The notes: generated by a model from the sequence alone, not told the origin. A stretch of DNA of 60,396 nt, filler included, from Basidiobolus ranarum (GCA_040143965.1; 4 parts of 4 records of this genome joined end to end with filler, not necessarily neighbours in it), one strand, 5' to 3'; positions 48,025-60,396 are shown, counted from the first letter of the whole stretch. Translations and numbers: made by a program.

Positions 48025-48833
48025 CTAATCATATTCGCGAGCATCGCGGCTTCTGCGAGAACTTCTGTGATCGCGATCTCTCCGCTCACGAGAAGGGCTA
48101 AGGCTTCGACTTTGATGTTTTTGACTTTGCCCATTCTCTTTAAGTGTAGCACGCTGTGCGGCATAGAGTTCCTTACGTAATTTACGACTGACAACCTTTA
48201 AATGCATGAAATTACAAAAACCACCGCGAGTACATTCGGAATTCTCATACTGTCGACAGCATGCTTCTCTAAAGTCAGTCACTGGGGAAAGCTCAGCGTA
48301 TAAAGGACGACCTATAGATATACAGTCAATAACGGTAATAATAACCAAATATTGAAGAAAATCTCACTTACCAGCATAGAATCTTTGATTGAGTGAATCC
48401 ACTGCTTTACCAGCATCCTCTTCGTAACGATAACGCGCATATACATTGCCTACCAAGTGATCTCCTACATTATCACAAATATTCATCTCTTCAATCTCCC
48501 CATATTTGGCTAATTCCATAAACATATCTTCATAAAACATGTCAAAGTGTTCTTGAAGCTGCTCTTTACTCATAGTACACGTAGGATCGTGAGAGGGATT
48601 TTGATAGATGTTGCTTAGCAGGATCGTTTGAGAGAATGTGGGTTTAACATGTTTACGGGAGCAACGATCTCCATGACGACATGCACCGATCTTGAAATAA
48701 AACGAGCAATTGACTCTAGATTTGAGAGAAAATAAAAGTTGTCAATAAAAAACCTTATATTCGAGATGAGATAAAAACAAAGAACGTACTTGTCTTTCTC
48801 GGTACCGTAAATTGAAGCAAGATAATCAGCCAT
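48025..48833 (-). CDS. U2AF1: Splicing factor U2AF small subunit (U2AF35); exons 48833-48790, 48715-48372, 48311-48025
   Basis: [40 protein letters not shown] domain, second CCCH finger ([17 protein letters not shown]), RS tail. Confidence 0.96.
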
Positions 48834-49169
48834 GATGGATGTGATGAGCGATAATCTCTCTCTTCAGTGATTGTTGAGTTGTGCGGATAGCAAAAAACTC
48901 TTGAGGATGTTGGCTGTCGTGTGAAAAATCGCACTCTTTTAAATACAAATTGATGATGCTTCTAGAAATTTTGGATTTCCATAGAATTTTGCTTACATAA
49001 CTTTGGAAACCATCATAACTATTTGCGCAGTTAATAAAATTATTTGATTAGTCAACTCACAAACTAATCAGAGAAACCTATTCTGATTTTAGATCCAACC
49101 ATCTCAGCATGGAGTGTATTATGAATTCTGACACCTCTCTACCCAAATAACCAATGCTTTATTTAATCG

Positions 49170-49845
49170 TAGTACTGCCATCTACCGTGAAAGGCCTCTT
49201 TGTATAATGTTTCGTCATAAACCTTGGGTTTGTCTAGTTTGACAGAACGACGGTTTTCCTAAAACTGTTCCAAGCCTGCGAGCATGACAGGCGTATACGT
49301 AGTGTTTTTATCTATTCTTGATGCGACGCTGTTACGGTGATTGGGGTGCACATCTACCTGTAGCACTAATTTTCTTCTAAAGCTGCAACTGGAGTAGAGG
49401 TCGGGTTAGACCAAGCTCGGGTATTTTAAATGAAATTTATTCCAGTTGGGGTGAGTTTTATATCAATCGCAAGTTACTACCTAAGCACCCAAATATGGTC
49501 ACGTTTCACTCTTAAATAGGAACATTTGGTTTTGCACCAACTGAGCTTTATGTAGTTATTATGTTCGGATCCTTAAGGTTATTGAGGGTTTACTAGGCAA
49601 GATGGTGGTTTACGTTCTTTCTGGATGGTCTTGTGTTGGAGTGATGTGAGAAATTTCAGTTAAAGTTCCAATACGTAATGTTAGGTTATGGATGTGCACA
49701 CAACGGAGTCATCTTCCTCTCTGTCGATTGTTTGAACATTGCATTTTATGTTTAAAGATGAACATTTCATAAGTACGGGCGAGTAAAAAGATAAGACTAT
49801 ACAGTCAACATGGCTGATTGTGAAGTAAAAGTAATGGTGGGTTCC
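49170..49845 (+). ncRNA. Candidate large structured non-coding RNA, family not identified
   Basis: No ORF of 60 aa or more. About a dozen mutually nested helices of 5-12 bp with + strand G-U pairs, and a possible U-rich/A-rich pseudoknot (see findings). Confidence 0.42.
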
Positions 49846-49919
49846 TCTAGAAATACAATTCTCATGGCGTTATAAAGCAACTCCATTTGAAAAAGGTGGG
49901 CCATGAGGTCAAAAGATAG

Positions 49920-50970
49920 TCACTTGCTTTTAGTGGCAAGTGGTGAAGATATGAACGGATTGGATTGCGTTTGTGTGGTTGTCTGAGCAGCAGTGATCTG
50001 AGGCGAGTTGGCTGGGGTGTTACGACGGATAAGCAGATTCTTTAGTGCTTTGAGGTCGTCGTGAAGACCAGCAACCATGGCGTACTGGGCTGATTTTTGA
50101 CTTTCCAACATCTAAAGGGGTGGATGTTAATAAAGAATGTTGAAGGTGTTTTAGTCATGAAATCAACGCTTCCTACTTGTGGAATGGAATGCTGAAGCTC
50201 ATCAAGCTGTTTACTTAAAGATTTAAATTCTTGGTCGCGTGTGGTCTCTTGAATCTGAAGATTTTTTACGGAGGCACCAAGTGTTTCTACATAATCCTTA
50301 AGAGCAGCAGTCTGGGAAGATACTTGAGCAAGTTGTTCTGCAGTATTTTGTGCGCTGAGGGAAGTTTCATTAGGTTGTAGACCAATAGACTTGCTCGAAC
50401 CTGCTTTCGTTGTTTCGTTCTTGAGATTTTCAGGTTGACTAGTTTCTTCTTTTTTCTTAGTACCAAAGCCCTAGAGGTTCATACATTTATATATGAATAA
50501 TAATATTTTCATCCAAATTGTCAAAAAGGAAATACCTTGACGAGTTCGTACACTCCATATACACCTCCTAAAGCACTAACAGTCGCTGTGAAATAATTCT
50601 TCCAGTGCTTTGCTTCAGGTTTGGTGAAAGTAATGGCATTTCGCCACGAATCAAGTCGACTTTTCTCTTGAATCTCAGGTACCGGCTGTCTAATAATATC
50701 TTCTGGGGATAGGATTTGAGCAGAATCCCATGCCTCGCTCTCTCGGGTTACCTTTTCATTCTGATTCCTCAAACTGGTCTCTCTGTCTTCGTAAAAATCT
50801 CTGGTAATTTGTTGCTGGGTCTCGACATGGTTCAAAGCCTCCTCTATCTCGTGACTAGATAAACCTTTGCTGTTCAAAAAAGCTTTCTTTTGTTGTAAAC
50901 TTTTACTTTGCACCTGAGGGAGTAAAAGGAACTTGATAGCACTATCAACCAACTGTTTTCGTTCTGACAT
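49920..50970 (-). CDS. PEX14: Peroxisomal membrane protein PEX14-like; exons 50970-50536, 50470-50177, 50111-49920
   Basis: Pex14_N signature RKQLVDSAIKFL..PQVQ...QQKKAFLNSKGLSSHEIEEAL, W(K)NYF..GG.YG.Y TM segment, coiled coil, DLKALKNLLI. Confidence 0.85.
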
Positions 50971-51987
50971 CGCCTTGCTTAGTAAGAAAAAGGTCAAGGA
51001 ACCACCTCCCCCTAAAACTAGGATGATAAAACAAGCTCAAGTTGGTGGGTTATTTTTCAACATATGGATAATTTTGAAGAAGTATGCATCATTTATCGCA
51101 AAAATGAATTCCAAGCGGCGATGCTAGTGAAAAATATGGGTTTAGCCCGTATCAACCCTGATTTCAATCTAATGCCTTTGCTTAGCAACTGCAGTGAATT
51201 GATTTGTACAACCCAGGACAAGACCGGTTGCACATAATTTTACCGGATACGTACACAAGGGGTGAGGAATGGGCTCCGTCTATTGGACTAGTGTATTGGA
51301 GCAATGGACACAGAAACGGGCTCAAATAAAGATGAGCTCGAGTGAGATTGGAGGGGATCTGGGTTGGAAGCATTGGATAGTTGCATATGTCTTCGCTGTT
51401 TCTGAGTAGCATCTGGCTTCTTGGCTAAGCCATCGCTGATTTTAGACCCTGGATTGTGGAACGCCCTAAATCATGTAAAAGCATGTTCAGGTTCATGGAC
51501 CAGAAGCTTAGGAATCGATCTGGAACTGTGGTGTCCAAAGTGGATCTATCATGTGTAAGACAACAAACCACAATCTTGAGGATTCAAGACATTGGTTCTT
51601 GCTTTCTCTACCAGTCAAGTTGAGCAATAGTGTGCTGGACCAATTACTCAGTATCTACAGACTGAGCCACCTTTACAAAGTTGTAGTTCAGATCCCCATA
51701 TTTAGGCTAATTGCTTGTGAAAATGAATTTATTAATAGACCGAATAGTGTGTATGCTAGGTTCTTCAAAGGATGAGAAATTATCTGCTTTCTGGCATTAA
51801 ATATCGCAATGTATCAAAATCTTGCCGATGAGTACCATAATTGGAACCTATGTCACCATGTAAGATCAACCACAAGAACTAGGGGATTGGATTCATTCCC
51901 ATAGCACATAAAGTCTGAGGGAGGTGTGAGTTGTAGGTTGACTCCTACTATTACATAATATCATTTGAGCCCGCAGGTATTTCTCTA

Positions 51988-54089
51988 ATGGCTTCAAGTA
52001 AAATACATTCCCTTCCTGTGGGTGAAGAGACTGCTACTTCTGGCAAACCTCACCGTTACTACAAAACTCCAGATGATCTAATAAAAACACCTACCTCTGA
52101 GGTCTCAACTCTGTATGAGGTTCTCCAATATTGTGTCCGTACTTATCAAGACCAAGAATCACTTGGATATCGTAAAGTGGTCAGAATAATACCAGAGGAG
52201 AAGGTTGTGAAGAAAAACGTTGGTGGTGAGATTCAAGAAGAGGTCAAAACTTGGAACTATTTCCAACTAAGTCACTACAACTGGTATTCTTACAAAGAGG
52301 TCCATAAAATCTCTAGTTCTCTTGCTGCCGGTCTGCTTCAGTTAGGTCTTGGGCCTAATACCAAACTTATTCTCTTCGCTAAAACTAGTGTTGAATGGAT
52401 GCTTATGGCCCAGGCCTGCTATATGCAAGGTATAATTGTAGTAACGGCTTATGATACGCTAGGTGAAGACGGTGTTTTACACGCAATTAATGAAGGCGAG
52501 ATTCCTGTGATGTTTACACACGCAGAATTGCTCAAAACTGCTTCAAATGTCGCCTCAAAGGCTTCCTCGTTAAAACATATTATTTATATGGAGGATGCCA
52601 CTGATGCGGCCATTGATGATTTTAAAAATACCAATTCTACCACTGAGCTTCATAGTTTTGATCAAATTAAAGAGCTTGGAGAGCAATATCCCGCTGATCA
52701 TCAACCTCCCAAGCCTGAGGATTTGGCTTGCATTATGTATACATCAGGAACCACAGGTACTCCTAAGGGAGTCATGCTAACTCATACGAACCTTGTTGCT
52801 GGAAGTAAGTATTGTTTCAATGTAAAAATCCAAAGACTCGAGGTTTTAATGATTTTAATGGATTAGTTGCCGGAACTTCCATACTTTTCAAGCACATCCT
52901 GGGCCCCGGTGATATCATCATGGCTTATCTTCCTTTAGCTCACGTTTTGGAATTTCTGGTTGAGCATGCCGTAATGTATTGGGGTGTTTCTGTTGGCTAC
53001 GGTTCCATTAGGACCCTTACTGATGCCTCTGTACGTAACTGCTCAGGCGATCTTCGTGAGTTACGCCCTACCGTTTTAACTGGAGTTCCTGCTGTCTGGG
53101 AAACCATCCGTAAAGGAGTGGTGAGCAAAGTCCATGAAGCAGGAGGAATCACCACGATGATATTCGAAACTGCTTTCTCAGTTAAAAGATTCTTTAGTAG
53201 TTATGGAATTCCTTGTCAATTTATCGACGATATTTTCTTCAAAAAAATCAAAGATCAGACCGGTGGTCGACTTCGTATCGCTTTATCCGGTGGTGCACCT
53301 ATTGCTCATGAAACTCAAGAGTTCCTTACTCTTACTTTGTGTCCGATTTTACAAGGTTACGGTATGACTGAGGCAACGGCCATGTGTGCTCTCATGAGCC
53401 CTGAATCTTTCTCCTATGGAAGCAGTGGTCCTCCTGTTCCATGTAGTGAGATTAAGCTGGTTGATGTTGAGGAAGCTGGGTACAACCATCGTAATAACCC
53501 ATCTCAAGGAGAGGTATGGGTTCGTGGTCCTTCCATTATGAAAGGCTATTTTAACAATGACGAGCTAACCAGAGAAGTCTTAACCGAAGACGGTTGGTTG
53601 AAGACTGGTGATGTCGGTGAATGGAGACCTGATGGAAGCCTCGCTATTATTGATCGTCGGAAGAACTTGGTTAAACTCTCCAATGGCGAATACATTGCCC
53701 TCGAGAGACTTGAAGCTCTTTACAAGACTTCTTTGTTTGTGCAAAACATTTGCGTGTATGGCGATTCATTCCAAAGCCATCCAGTTGCTTTGATCGTACC
53801 GATCGAAGACAAGCTACTAAAGCTGGCGCAACAAAAAGGAGTTCCTAATGCGGAGAAGCTTTCTTTACACGAACTTTGTGTGAACAAAGAAGTTAAAAAA
53901 GGTGTCTTGGAATCATTCAAGGAGATTGCGAAGAAGTCACGTCTAGTTTCAGCCGAGGTTATTCAAAATATTCATTTGTGCGATGAAGAATGGACCACAG
54001 AAAACAACTTACTAACTGCCGCACAAAAGGTAAAAAGAAGAGATGTTGTACACAAGTATCAGTCAGAAGTGGATGCCATGTACAAGTAA
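51988..54089 (+). CDS. Long-chain fatty acyl-CoA synthetase (Faa1/ACSL3-4 type); intron 52805-52866
   Basis: IMYTSGTTGTPKGV, YLPLAHVLE, QGYGMTE, GWLKTGDVG, IIDRRKNLVKL.NGEYIALE. Confidence 0.95.
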
Positions 54090-56138
54090 ACCATCGGTAA
54101 GAAATAGTACTCTCTCTTAAGTAGTACTTATGCACCTCATTATGAGGTTCAACGATTGCGATGAAGAGACCGTTTTTTATTCAGTGAAATGAATTGGTTC
54201 CTTATCATCAAGCTTATGAATTCACCGTGAATAAACTCATAATTGGCACAAACTACACAAGCAATATACAATTTAGTCTTTAGAGTGAGGGCAAAGTGGA
54301 GCATCAAACTTGCACTTTTCCTCCAGTATATATGATGAGAACTCGGTGTAAATCTACATCTCAGCAGATTTGCTAGTACTCCGTGATTAAATAGTATCTA
54401 GCAGTAACACTCGAACCTGACAAAGCGAGGATTCATTCTACAATTGTCTACGTTCCTGTATAGTCGTAACACTGGTAACTTCATAAGAGACCTAGATACA
54501 TATGATTCGAAAGCAACGAGAGTACAAAGTCGAAGTAAATCGCCATTCATGTAGAGATTATTTATTAGCTCCAGCCTGTTCATGTATATACCTAAACATA
54601 TCGCCGACTGTATAAATGAGATGCTGCGATGATCGGATGATACAGCCCAAAGATGAAAAGATGTCGCATGTCCTCTAGCACTGTTAATTAGAAAACTTAT
54701 GGCAGCGTCTCTAATAATATCCTGAGGCTTCAGCAGTAGGTGTTGAAGAGGGCTTTTTCATATCAGGATTGAGTATGTATGTTACTCAAAAAATCTGATT
54801 CCAAGCGCATATCATGATCTGGGAATTTAACAAATAAAATGGGATCCGTGTTCTGATTATTTAGAGGCTTGTATCAAAAAGATTTCCCAATTTATGTACT
54901 AAGTAAACTTTAATAATTTGTGTATATGTATAACTTAATAAGACGATGTTGTGGTTAAATATGTTATTTGATCACGCAAAAGAGAAGTTGGAATTCATCA
55001 TGAAATGGCAAATGCTTGGGAGTAAGATAGTTTCAGATAGCATTCGACTCTTATTCCATTACTTTGTACTTTGTCAAGTGGAATACGCTTTGAATATTAC
55101 TATCAGGCGAACTGAGAAAACTTACCGGGCAGAAAGAGAACATTTGGGCCTCCATTTACCGCAGGTTCCAGTTGCTGCTCTTTCAGATAATGGGATTCGT
55201 TATGTTCAATCAGATGAAGTTTTCGTGGTAGTGCAGTATTATTGCACTTATCTGGTGGGGAGTTTCTCACATTAACTGAAAATTCCCAAGTTGGATATGC
55301 GTGTAGAGAGTTCCAAAGAATCAAGCGTGCAAAGAGCCACATGCTATGCTATTGAGATAAGTTATTTATTTTTACAGTAATTCTCCAGCAATATTTTCAA
55401 CAAAGCCTACGAAAAGATACTCTAGAGATGGATTGACATTTGGTTGTATTTAAGTTATGATCAAGAATGAAAATGGATTTTTTACCTTCTGATATTGTCA
55501 CTCGTATGTTTACTGCAATATGATTTTAGGATAGCTCAAGACTTATTTAACCTTTTGTGCTTAATAGGGAAACAGCGTCTACTCAAGATTGCACTGGCTT
55601 TACCTGCCGTGCACCTGTCGAACCCAAGCTTACATTAGTTTGCACCTTGCCTCAAATCGGGGCGCCTCAACCAAACACGAGTGCTCCCAAGAAGGGAGAA
55701 CAAATGGATTGTTTTACATTTTTGATCTGCCAAATACCAAACTATCATGCTCACTGACAATTCTAATTTAGCCAACCGACAGAAACATCATATAGACATT
55801 CGTATAGATTCATTCCAACCTTCGTATTTTGTGTTGCAAGTGTGTAATTAAGGATACTTTGCTATTACAAGCCCCAAAATCAGCCCTTGCTACCTAAAAA
55901 ATGCAGTTTCTGAATTAAAAACATCAATATAGCATCTCTTCCATACAAGTAATAAGTGCTAAGCATCTTGAATGCATGTGTATAAGGTCAACGAAGAAAG
56001 ATGTTTCTCTCGACAGGTTGCAGCTTCTATAATTATATCTGTTTTTATTGAGATTGCAAGAAGCACCAATAAGACCAATGCGAATCTGCGGCATGCCAAA
56101 AAGGGCGTCCAACTTCAAGTATAGTTGAGACGATGAAC

Positions 56139-56780
56139 TTATTGGTCAGTCTTTCTTCTAGGAGCACGACGACCGCGATTAGCTCCAGGAACAAATGCTT
56201 GAGCAGGGGCGGCAACAGTAACTCCGGGAAGGTTTTCCATGTTGAGAGACTTGAGGAGCTCCTTGGTTTCGGGGTCAACTTCGATGTTGGAGATATCCAA
56301 AGCAGAGAATTCTGGAACATAGTTATCCTTACGTTCACGCTCTTCTTCTTGGAGCTTGAAGGAAATACCACGAACGGGACCACGTTGAATACGTTTCATC
56401 AAATGGGTAGTGAAACCAGCAATCTTGTTACGAAGACGCTTGGAAGCAATGATAGCGACTTCATCACAAATCTTCTTGTTGGTTTGGAAATCCAAGGTAA
56501 GACGAGGATAGTATTTCTCGATGATGACTCTGGAAGCCTTCTTAACGGTCTTGGTACGAACACGACCCTGTTGAAAAGAGCAGAATTTGCGAGTTAGATG
56601 CGTGAATTACGTGTAAATGGATCCAGTCGTGAAGTATAATTGTAATGGATGTATTTGAGTTTGTAATAAGATTAAATCAACTCGTTCCTTCGAACCGAGC
56701 TGACACTACTTTCTTGAGATATTGGGTATCAAGTTTAGATAATAAAAGGGAAGAGATTCTTCACGTAGTATACATACCAT
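56139..56780 (-). CDS. RPS17: 40S ribosomal protein S17 (eS17); exon 1 is the ATG only (56778-56780), intron 56568-56777
   Basis: [33 protein letters not shown]...[39 protein letters not shown]. Confidence 0.97.
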
Positions 56781-57518
56781 GTTAATTGATAATTAAAGCA
56801 AAGAGAATGTGTGCCCGAAAAAGTAGAAGAGAAGGAGACAAACCTTCGAGAGTACTCTGCCTTTTGAGATTCCACGCGCGATCTTCCACTAATTATTTTT
56901 TCATATTTGATCCTGATCTTCAGCCAATAGGGTGGGCTGGATTTGTTGATCCTGCATATTCTTGAAGCATGGCTGAAAATGATAGTTCACAATAATCCAA
57001 CTGGCTTTCATATCATTAGCTGCTCGGATTATAATCGTTAAATGCCGAGCGATTCAGCGCGAGTACAAATGGTCAATAAACACTAGTGCCAGCAGTAATG
57101 TTATACCCGGCCAAAGCACCTACTGGGACTCTTCATCAAAAGAAGCGCCACTACAGCTCTTGGTACAACTGTTGGCAGCTTCCGGCGCCTCGCTCCTTTG
57201 CATATGAATACAAAGAGATACTGATCGTGAGTATTTTAGTGGTCAGATGTATAGTGACTTTAATGATGAACTTGATAACAATTAGTTAACGGCTGTAGAG
57301 ACGTATGTTAAGAACATTAGTGGATCACAGGTGCAAGTATGAACGAAATAGTGGATGAGGATGTTTGATCACATTAATGGAACAAAATTGAACAATCCAA
57401 TAATCGGACTGCAAATTAGGAGTATAACTAATCAATTGAAACGAAATATCTGCATTGGTAGGAATATAACCAGGGAGTGGATTCGGATTAGCCCCTCCCT
57501 CACTAGTTGAACCTTCTA

Positions 57519-59023
57519 CTATTTCTTTATAACGGTGAAGTAGATGATTAAAACAATAACAATAATCAATATGATCACAGCGAAGAGTATGCACCATCTT
57601 TTCTAAAATTAGAAGAAAGGGTTAGATGCATGCAGAGAACTTCGAATTTACTGGAAATTGGCTGTGCAACCAACCTTTCTTGCACTCTTGGCATGATTAA
57701 TGGCTGTATCTATCTGTGTATTGGCATTGGTAGTGTGACCGACAGTGTTATTCATCTGTTGCTCAACAGTCTGGAGTTGCTCATCTTGTGCTTCAACAAG
57801 AAGTTGCATTTCCTGGAATAGATTTGCGAGTTCCTATTTCAAATGGAATGTTAGCCATATGATTGCCATGAAGCTATCTATCTACCAGACATACAATGAT
57901 ATTCTTCTCGATTTTGACAATATCTTCGTGACGGTCCTGGACGCTCTTCATTACACGTTTAGCTTCTCCACGAGATGAATTAAGTACCTGTGACAAAGCC
58001 GATTACTACAACCTCGCTTTTTATACATCTAATAAAGGGTTCTTACTCCTTGGGCAAATATCTGACCACCTTCGTCGCTGTCTAATACTTGTTGGATCTC
58101 TTCCTCAGTAGCAGTAGGATTGACTATATTAGGTACATGGTGAGTACAGTAAGGAGTGAACAGTGGATGATAGCTCAAGATACGTTACCAATTCTGTACT
58201 GACGCTCAAGCATTTGCTTGTAACGTTCTTTGTATTCTATTTCGACATATTGATATCTTTTAAGAGTCTCCATAAATTTGGTTTTAATCGCAGTATGCTG
58301 GATGGGAAGTGTAGAAGGTAATATCAATATTAGATGGCACAACTTCCCGCTCGCAATAGAAGATATCAACACCAACCCTATTTCTACGGATTTGAGCGTC
58401 AGAGGTAGGGCCAAGCTTAAGATTGTTTCTTTCCAGTCCTAACATGGAGTAAAGATATTAGCAAAGGGAGTTGGAAAAGAAATTTTCACTCAAATTACCT
58501 TTGATTTTTTCCTTTGTTCCCAAAAGCAACTGCCTAGTACCGTTAATAACCGACTCAAGCTGCTTAGAATTTGCTGTGCTACATATTAGCCACACGTACA
58601 GATATTTGGTAATTAGGAAAAGTAAGGGAAAAGATTACCATCTGACTCTTCTGCTGAAGCAGCATCCAAAGTCCTTGAATGAAGAGTCTCAATGGTGTGA
58701 ATGTTTTCGTTGGCTGTGCTTATTTCTCTGTCGATGGTTTCAATCTAGTATTGTAGTGTTATTTTTATGAGTAAGGTAGAAACCAGTTGAAGAAACAACT
58801 AACGTGGTCATAGTAGGTATTTAAAGGAATTATTCCAGTCTCAGGTTGTTTAGTTTCAATATTGCCCATCTCCAGCTCACCAAGCTCCTTACGTTGAAAG
58901 CCATTATCATACTATGTCAAGAGAGAGAATGGAAAAAGTGTATTAGAGACTCCAGTGAATATATGGGATTCGAGTAGAAGTAGGTGGAGTTACCTTTTGC
59001 TGCCCTAAACGATCTCTACTCAT
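57519..59023 (-). CDS. Plasma-membrane syntaxin (Sso1/2-like Qa-SNARE), many short exons
   Basis: MSRDRL N-peptide; Habc segment (...MLERQYRI); SNARE RHEDIVKIEKNIIELANLFQEMQLLVEAQDE; AKSARK|KRWCIL followed by a C-terminal TM segment. Confidence 0.9.
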
Positions 59024-59972
59024 GGTTGCTTGGACAAATTGGTTTTAAGGATACTTCACCTATAGTAAACCTGGCATTCCGTCTTCATATAAAGTAATTT
59101 GAGAAAAGAAGGATGAAACAGGATCCATAATGATCAATATCATTCGATGCATCCCATAAACTATGAAATAAACTGAACCTGAGGTTCGGGCGTGTTGAAA
59201 CAATCGACATTCAATTTAACAGCCAAGCTGAACATAATTAAGACTCTTGGCTATTGTACCTCTTATTGTATACCAATAAAGTTACGGAGATGAAGGATAT
59301 CAGAATACTCATTAATTGATTGAATTTTAAGGATGTAGCGGTAACCATATTGTTCACTGCTTATCCATCCCGCTTTTGTCAGAGCCTGTTCTGAATGGGA
59401 ACATTTCGCTGCTGCTGCTCAGGAGCAAGAATTAACCTGTGATCATGTCTTGGCATCACAATCAGCTATATATATATGGATTTACCATAGTAGGTGACCA
59501 TACAATGGATAGTAAGACATCATTGGCTTGCCTCACATGTACCTTTGTTACCAACCATATTGAAGAATATATCATAATGATAGACAACATAATCGGGCCA
59601 GTCCAGCCCAAACCGGGGCTACGCTATCGTCTCAATGTTCCCTAAAAACTAGTGCATTACAGTTGAATGGATAGATATATGTTGACATTGTCTCGTTGAA
59701 TGGATGAGCACTGCATATATAGATGAGAGCCCATATCCATTGCTGATTAAAAACGGCGAGTTCCTTCATCTTTCAAAGCCTCTTTCTTAACTGTCACACA
59801 GCCAATGTATTATGCTATTTCCTTTATTTACTAAAAATATGTGGAGTAAAGAGCAAAAAGTTAGGTAAAGCCTTGGGATATACGAGTAGGTGCGCCAGGT
59901 AAAATAGTCGATAATAATAGTTGAAGCGCGTATAGGCGCTAAAGTTCTTCTTGGGATGTAAGTTAGTGTTGA

Positions 59973-60269
59973 TCAGTGACACATTCTTATGCTAACTGGT
60001 CCCTCCAAATGGGTCCTTTGAGGCCGAAATCCAGTCATGGTATGCATGCGCTTAACGAGAGAGACTCTGTAGACATAGGTGTCACGAGAAAACCTCTCAG
60101 CAAGGGAGCGTGGCATGAAAGCAGAGAATCCACGGTAAACAGTGCCATATCTAAATTTCACAAACCCGTCGTATTCATTGATAATTTGTTCCAAGTGGTT
60201 TTCATAATTAGGGGGGGCATCGTCCACAATCTCGACAATATATTCGGAAAACCCAGTGCGCCTTGACAT
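59973..60269 (-). CDS. Peptidase inhibitor I9 (subtilisin-propeptide-like, Pbi2/POIA type)
   Basis: EYIVEI...G.VKFRYGTVYRGFSAFMP...V.RV pattern in a 98-aa stand-alone ORF. Confidence 0.7.
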   Translation of the reverse strand: MSRRTGFSEYIVEIVDDAPPNYENHLEQIINEYDGFVKFRYGTVYRGFSAFMPRSLAERFSRDTYVYRVSLVKRMHTMTGFRPQRTHLEGPVSIRMCH

Positions 60270-60282
60270 TACTCTCTGGTCG

Positions 60283-60396
60283 TAGGAATGTACAGAATAT
60301 TCTTGCCAACTTAGAAGTTCTCAGATATATAGATTTCCTAAACTTATTCTAGCGGCCCTTAACTTTTCACACATTCTACATGTTTATCTGCATACC
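60283..60396 (+). mobile_element. Internal fragment of the same copia LTR family
   Basis: GAATATTCTTGCCAACTTAGAAGTTCTCAGATATATAGATTT is nearly identical to 15244-15285 and 43343-43384. Confidence 0.85.

Noticed and set aside
49680-49688. Minus-strand TAACCTAAC (and CTAACCC at 49403-49409) as telomerase template
   Set aside because: On the strand opposite to the one favoured by the G-U pairs, and too short to be significant.
56133-56597. 154-aa + strand ORF
   Set aside because: Antisense shadow of codon-biased RPS17.
59025-59300. U12-like signals (ATATCCTT at 59293-59300, TCCTTAA near 59046-59052, AC before the ATG) suggesting an AT-AC intron in the syntaxin 5' UTR
   Set aside because: A TATA-like element at about 59088 suggests transcription starts downstream of the putative donor, and such short matches are expected by chance.
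1-60396. tRNA, rRNA or CRISPR arrays
   Set aside because: None recognised by eye. The only tRNA-like match is the retrotransposon PBS.

Overview
Eukaryotic, AT-rich, intron-containing DNA with the gene repertoire of a fungus, probably an early-diverging lineage (inferred from gene style). The window is not one locus. It is four unrelated contigs of about 15 kb (1-15059, 15160-30185, 30286-45292, 45393-60396) joined by 100-nt N/TTAATTAATTAA linkers, so neighbourhood arguments only hold within a contig. Recognisable genes: a head-to-head pair of O-fucosyltransferase-family paralogs, CCDC124/Lso2, an alpha/beta-hydrolase, a Blm10/PA200 C-terminal fragment, a PDK/BCKDK-type kinase, a cAMP-receptor-like 7TM GPCR, a mucin-CBM19 protein, a cyclin K/T-like gene, URA2, a secreted bacterial-type bicupin, DUF2306, a chitin deacetylase, Ssn6/Cyc8, U2AF35, PEX14, a long-chain acyl-CoA synthetase, RPS17, an Sso-type syntaxin and an I9 protease inhibitor. 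Decayed Ty1/copia elements of one LTR family occur in three contigs. The most interesting unexplained signals are: (1) four TATA-preceded 41-77 aa microprotein genes sharing YH[QR]xL[AC][IL]xYRYx[LI]L and CRE-like upstream motifs, clustered around the GPCR in contig 2; (2) a roughly 670-nt ORF-free, extensively base-pairing segment between U2AF35 and PEX14 that looks like an unannotated large structured RNA; (3) a stand-alone C-terminal Blm10 fragment and a candidate horizontally acquired cupin.
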